This document shows, in pieces, positions 60,695-64,000 of a stretch of DNA of 64,000 nt. The notes under the pieces were generated by a model that was given only the letters and a program-made list of their open reading frames with translations, had not been told where the DNA came from and did not search any database. Position numbers and translations under genes: made by a program. The stretch comes from the human T2T-CHM13v2.0 reference genome, Homo sapiens, in assembly GCF_009914755.1 (NCBI RefSeq), contig NC_060947.1; one strand, written 5' to 3'. Position 1 is the first letter of the stretch; each line of letters opens with the position of its first letter.

Positions 60695-61250
60695 TTTAGA
60701 ATCTGTTTTCCAAAAATAGCTTGTTGTCATTTGGATTGCATTGAACGTATACATCAAATGGGAGATTTTGACATCTTAACAGTATTGAATCTTCCAATTC
60801 ATAATCACGAAATTTCTTTCTGTTTATTCTGAAGATGTAAATCTTTTTTATTTCTTCACAAATGTTTTGTAGTTTTTCATTATACACATTATATACATAT
60901 TTTGTGAGACTTACACATATTTTATCATTTTTATGCTATTCAAAATAGTATTGCTTTAAGATTTTCAAATTCTAACTGTCCTTTGCTTGTATGTAAGAAT
61001 GAATTTGACAGTTGTGTATTGACCTTGTATCCTGTGACATTGCTATAATTGCTTATATTCACAGGAGAGTTCTGTTTGTAGATCCTTTAGATTTTTCTAT
61101 ACAGAATTATGTTATCTGCAAATAAAGACAATTTTACTTCTTCCTTTCCAATCTGTATATCTTTTATTTCTTTTTCACGTCTTATTGCACTAGCTAGGGC
61201 TTCTGGTATAATATTGACGAATAGTGAGAGAGGACATCTTTGCTTTGCCT
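60695..61250 (-). mobile_element. Old L1M ORF2 fragment
   Basis: ATCTTAACAGTATTGAATCTTCCAAT..TTGACCTTGTATCCTG..ATCTGCAAATAAAGACAATTTTACTTCTTCCTTTCC. Confidence 0.75.
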
Positions 61251-61797
61251 TAAGGCAAGAGCATACTTGGCAAGTTCATGGAAGAGCAAGGAGACTCTAA
61301 AATTGATTGCACATGTAACAATGCCCTGTTTTAATATTTCTTTTTTTGGATCTGGATCTAGTTGCAAGGCTTGATTTAATCTATTTAAATGTGCTCATTT
61401 ACAGAAAGGGCCTCACCCAGGAACTAGCACAATATGGTGACAATTCTCTTCAATTGCCATTTTAAAAATTAAGCCCATCTTTCACTTTGGGTCTTTTCTG
61501 ATGCCTATTTCATGTCCCAGATTGAGATCACCTGCAGATATTTAAGTGCTTCTTCCATATTTATATTCAAGTGCAGTATAAGCATGTTTCTCAAATCCAG
61601 CCAAATAAAAAATCTTTCAAGTTACCATCAAACAGTTGCCGTCTTTAGATACTGCATTTAACCAGTTACAATGGCACTTGGCTGGTCTTATTGTAGTTTC
61701 ATATTTCACAAGATTATCCACAAGACTATCTCGAGTTTGTCAAATATCTGGTTTAATTCCCATACAAGTCTTCTCTTGGCAATCCTGTGGAAGAGAC

Positions 61798-62210
61798 TGT
61801 CTTTGTCTGATGGGCTGCTATAACAAAATACTATAAGCTGGGTGGCTGGCTTCAACAACAGATATTTATTTCTCACAATTCCGGAGGCTGGGATGTCTGA
61901 AATCAGGGTACTAGTATGGTGGGGTCCTGATGAGGGCTCTCTTCCTGGCTTGCAAACAAATGACTGCCTTCTCATTATGTCCTCACATGGGAGGGAGAAA
62001 GCCAGGGGAGGGGGTTGGGGAGACAGAACCAATGAATGAGCTCTGTTCTCTTCCTCTTCTAATAAGGGCATTAATTCTGTCATGAAGATTCTGTCCTTAT
62101 AATCTCATCTAACCTAATTACCTCCAAAGGTCCCATCTCGAAATGTCACTATATTGGAGGGTAGGGCTTCAATATGTAAATTTTGGAGTGACAGAAGCTA
62201 GTCCACAACA
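61798..62210 (-). mobile_element. MLT1A-like MaLR LTR
   Basis: GGGCTGCTATAACAAAATAC..TTTATTTCTCACAATTCCGGAGGCTGGG..CCTAATTACCTCCAAAGG..CCACAACA. Confidence 0.8.
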
Positions 62211-62344
62211 GGGGTAAATTAGTCTCATCTGACATGTCTGAGTCTCTGCCACAGGGCTCAGACCATTCAGCATAATCCAGTTTCTAAGCATGTCCTGAAA
62301 GCCTATGGTAGGGCTGGAAACTGCAGAGATAAGTAGAGGGACCC

Positions 62345-62495
62345 ATGAGCTGGATTATGTGTTAGAATACCTGGGTTACAGCCTTGACTGCTTCAATCTT
62401 GCTGGGTAAATTGAGGGAAGTCATGTTGCTGAGCCTCACTTTCTTTGTAAAGGGAATAAGCCATACTTTCCTCAAAGTTGTGAGAATTAAATAAG
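62345..62495. mobile_element. MIR fragment
   Basis: CCTGGGTT..CTGAGCCTCACTTTC..GTTGTGAGAATTAAAT. Confidence 0.55.
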
Positions 62496-62580
62496 CAAAG
62501 GCTGACTGGCTGAAATCAGTAAGACAAAGTTTGTCATATATAGGTGTAAACTATCACATTTAGATTAAACAATAAATTCT

Positions 62581-64000
62581 GAAGATGGCTGACTATAAAC
62601 AGCTAGTATGCACTGTTCTCATATAGAGAAATAGAAGGAGTGAGTAAATACAGCACTTTTAACTGTACTTCCAGGTACATGCATTGGGATTCATCAAGGA
62701 AACAAAGCTGGACCAAAGATGGCTGACTAGAAGCAGTGAGGACTCTTGGCTCTCATGGAGAGAAATGAAAGGGGCAAGTAAATACAGCAACTTCAACTGA
62801 AACATTCATGTTCTCACATTGAGACTGATCAGGGAAAGAGCTCAACCCATGCAGAAAGGAGAAAAGCAAAGCAGGGCGACAGCCCACTAGGAAAGGACAT
62901 GGAGCCAAGGGAACCTCTCCCTGCCCAGGCAAACAGTGAATGAATATGTGACCCCTAGCAACCGCACTTCTTCCATGGACCTTTGCAACTCTTGGGTCAG
63001 GAGATCCCCTCATGAATCCACTCCACCAAGACTTGGTCTGACACACAAAGCTGCATGAAGTCTCTGCTAAGCAACTGCCCAGGGGTGCACAGAGTCCCAG
63101 GAGCTTTACATACTCTGGCCCCAGGATCCCTGGTCAGGGTGATTGCAACTCAGGCCAAGTGGGAGGTTGAACCTCCATATACACCCCTAGGAGGGGAGCT
63201 GAAGCCCAGAGGCCAAGTAGCATTGCCCTGTGATTCCCACTTCCTTGGCACCTCACAGGATAAGACCCACTGGTTTGGATTTCCAGCAAGCCCCCTGTTA
63301 ATGGTGTTGTGCCTACCTGGGATAGGATAGAGTTCCCAGGGGAAGGAGCAAGCCGCTATCTTTTCTGTTTGGACAACTCAGCCATTCCAGCATGTGGGTG
63401 TAGGAGAGTCCAAACCACACCAACTGAGAACTGATGGGACCTCCCAGCACAGCACAGCTGCTCTACCAAAACATGGCCAGACTGCTTCTTTAAGTGGGAC
63501 CTGATCCATTCCTCATCTTAGGGCAGGGCCTCCCAACCAAGGCCTCCAGCCAACCCCACCCATATTCTCTGGCAGACAGAGTTTTGATTTCTCCTTGGGA
63601 TGGAGTGCCGAGGGGTAGGGACGAGCCACCATCTTTGCTGTTTGGACAACTCAGTCATTCCAGCCTCTTGGCTTAGGAGAGTTCAAACCATCTGAGGGCA
63701 GAAGTGGTACCCCAGCATGACACAACTGCTCTACAAAAGCGTGGCAAGACCGCTTCTTTAAGCAGGTCCCTGATCTGTTCCTCCTCACTTGGGAGAACTT
63801 CCCAACCAGGGTCTTCAGCCTCTCCCACTGATGTTCTCTGGTTGACAAGGGTTTGAAAGCATCCTGGGACAGAGTTACTAGAGAGAGGGGCAGGCTGCCA
63901 TCTTTGCTGTTTCTGCAATTTAGCCGTTCCAGCTTTCAGGTTTTGGAGAACCCAACACCATGAGGGGCAGAAATGGTATCCCAGCACAGCTCAGCTGTTC
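62581..64000 (+). mobile_element. 5'UTR of an older primate L1 (L1PA13-16/L1PREC2-type), running off the window end
   Basis: Two AAGATGGCTGACTA 5' ends (62582 and 62716), and ~270-bp tandem 5'UTR units (GC.GCCATCTTTGCTGTTT-like motif at ~63352, ~63625 and ~63894). Confidence 0.75.

Noticed and set aside
63325-64000. ~270-bp tandem repeats
   Set aside because: Consistent with the internal repeats of older primate L1 5'UTRs, not an independent satellite.

Overview
This is primate genomic DNA, very likely human. It is dominated by transposable elements (L1, Alu, MaLR, ERV1, MIR/L2) and I find no intact protein-coding gene. The non-TE content is four L1-generated mRNA retrocopies packed into about 26 kb (28.2-54.5 kb). 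(1) A near full-length NANOG processed pseudogene (-), with a 14-bp TSD. (2) A 3.25-kb retrocopy with no recognisable CDS, apparently 3'UTR only (-), with a 17-bp TSD; its parent is tentatively ELOVL6, from memory. (3) A decayed SLX9/FAM207A retrocopy (+) followed by about 2.3 kb of GC-rich, probably read-through sequence. (4) A 5'-truncated ETF1 (eRF1) processed pseudogene (+) that splits an MLT1 LTR. The NANOG and ETF1 pair matches my recollection of the NANOGP9/ETF1P3 region of Xq12, which I have not verified. Other notable elements: a MER41 LTR keeping a GAS motif, a heavily deleted ERV1 provirus with a tRNA-Ile PBS, a near full-length L1PA7/8-type element, a complete MSTA LTR-int-LTR, two AT-rich palindrome arrays, and an L1 3' end carrying a probable short 3' transduction. 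I see no evidence of a new functional biological system; the interest is in retrotransposition fossils. Repeat subfamily names come from recalled consensus sequences, and boundaries without a TSD are approximate.
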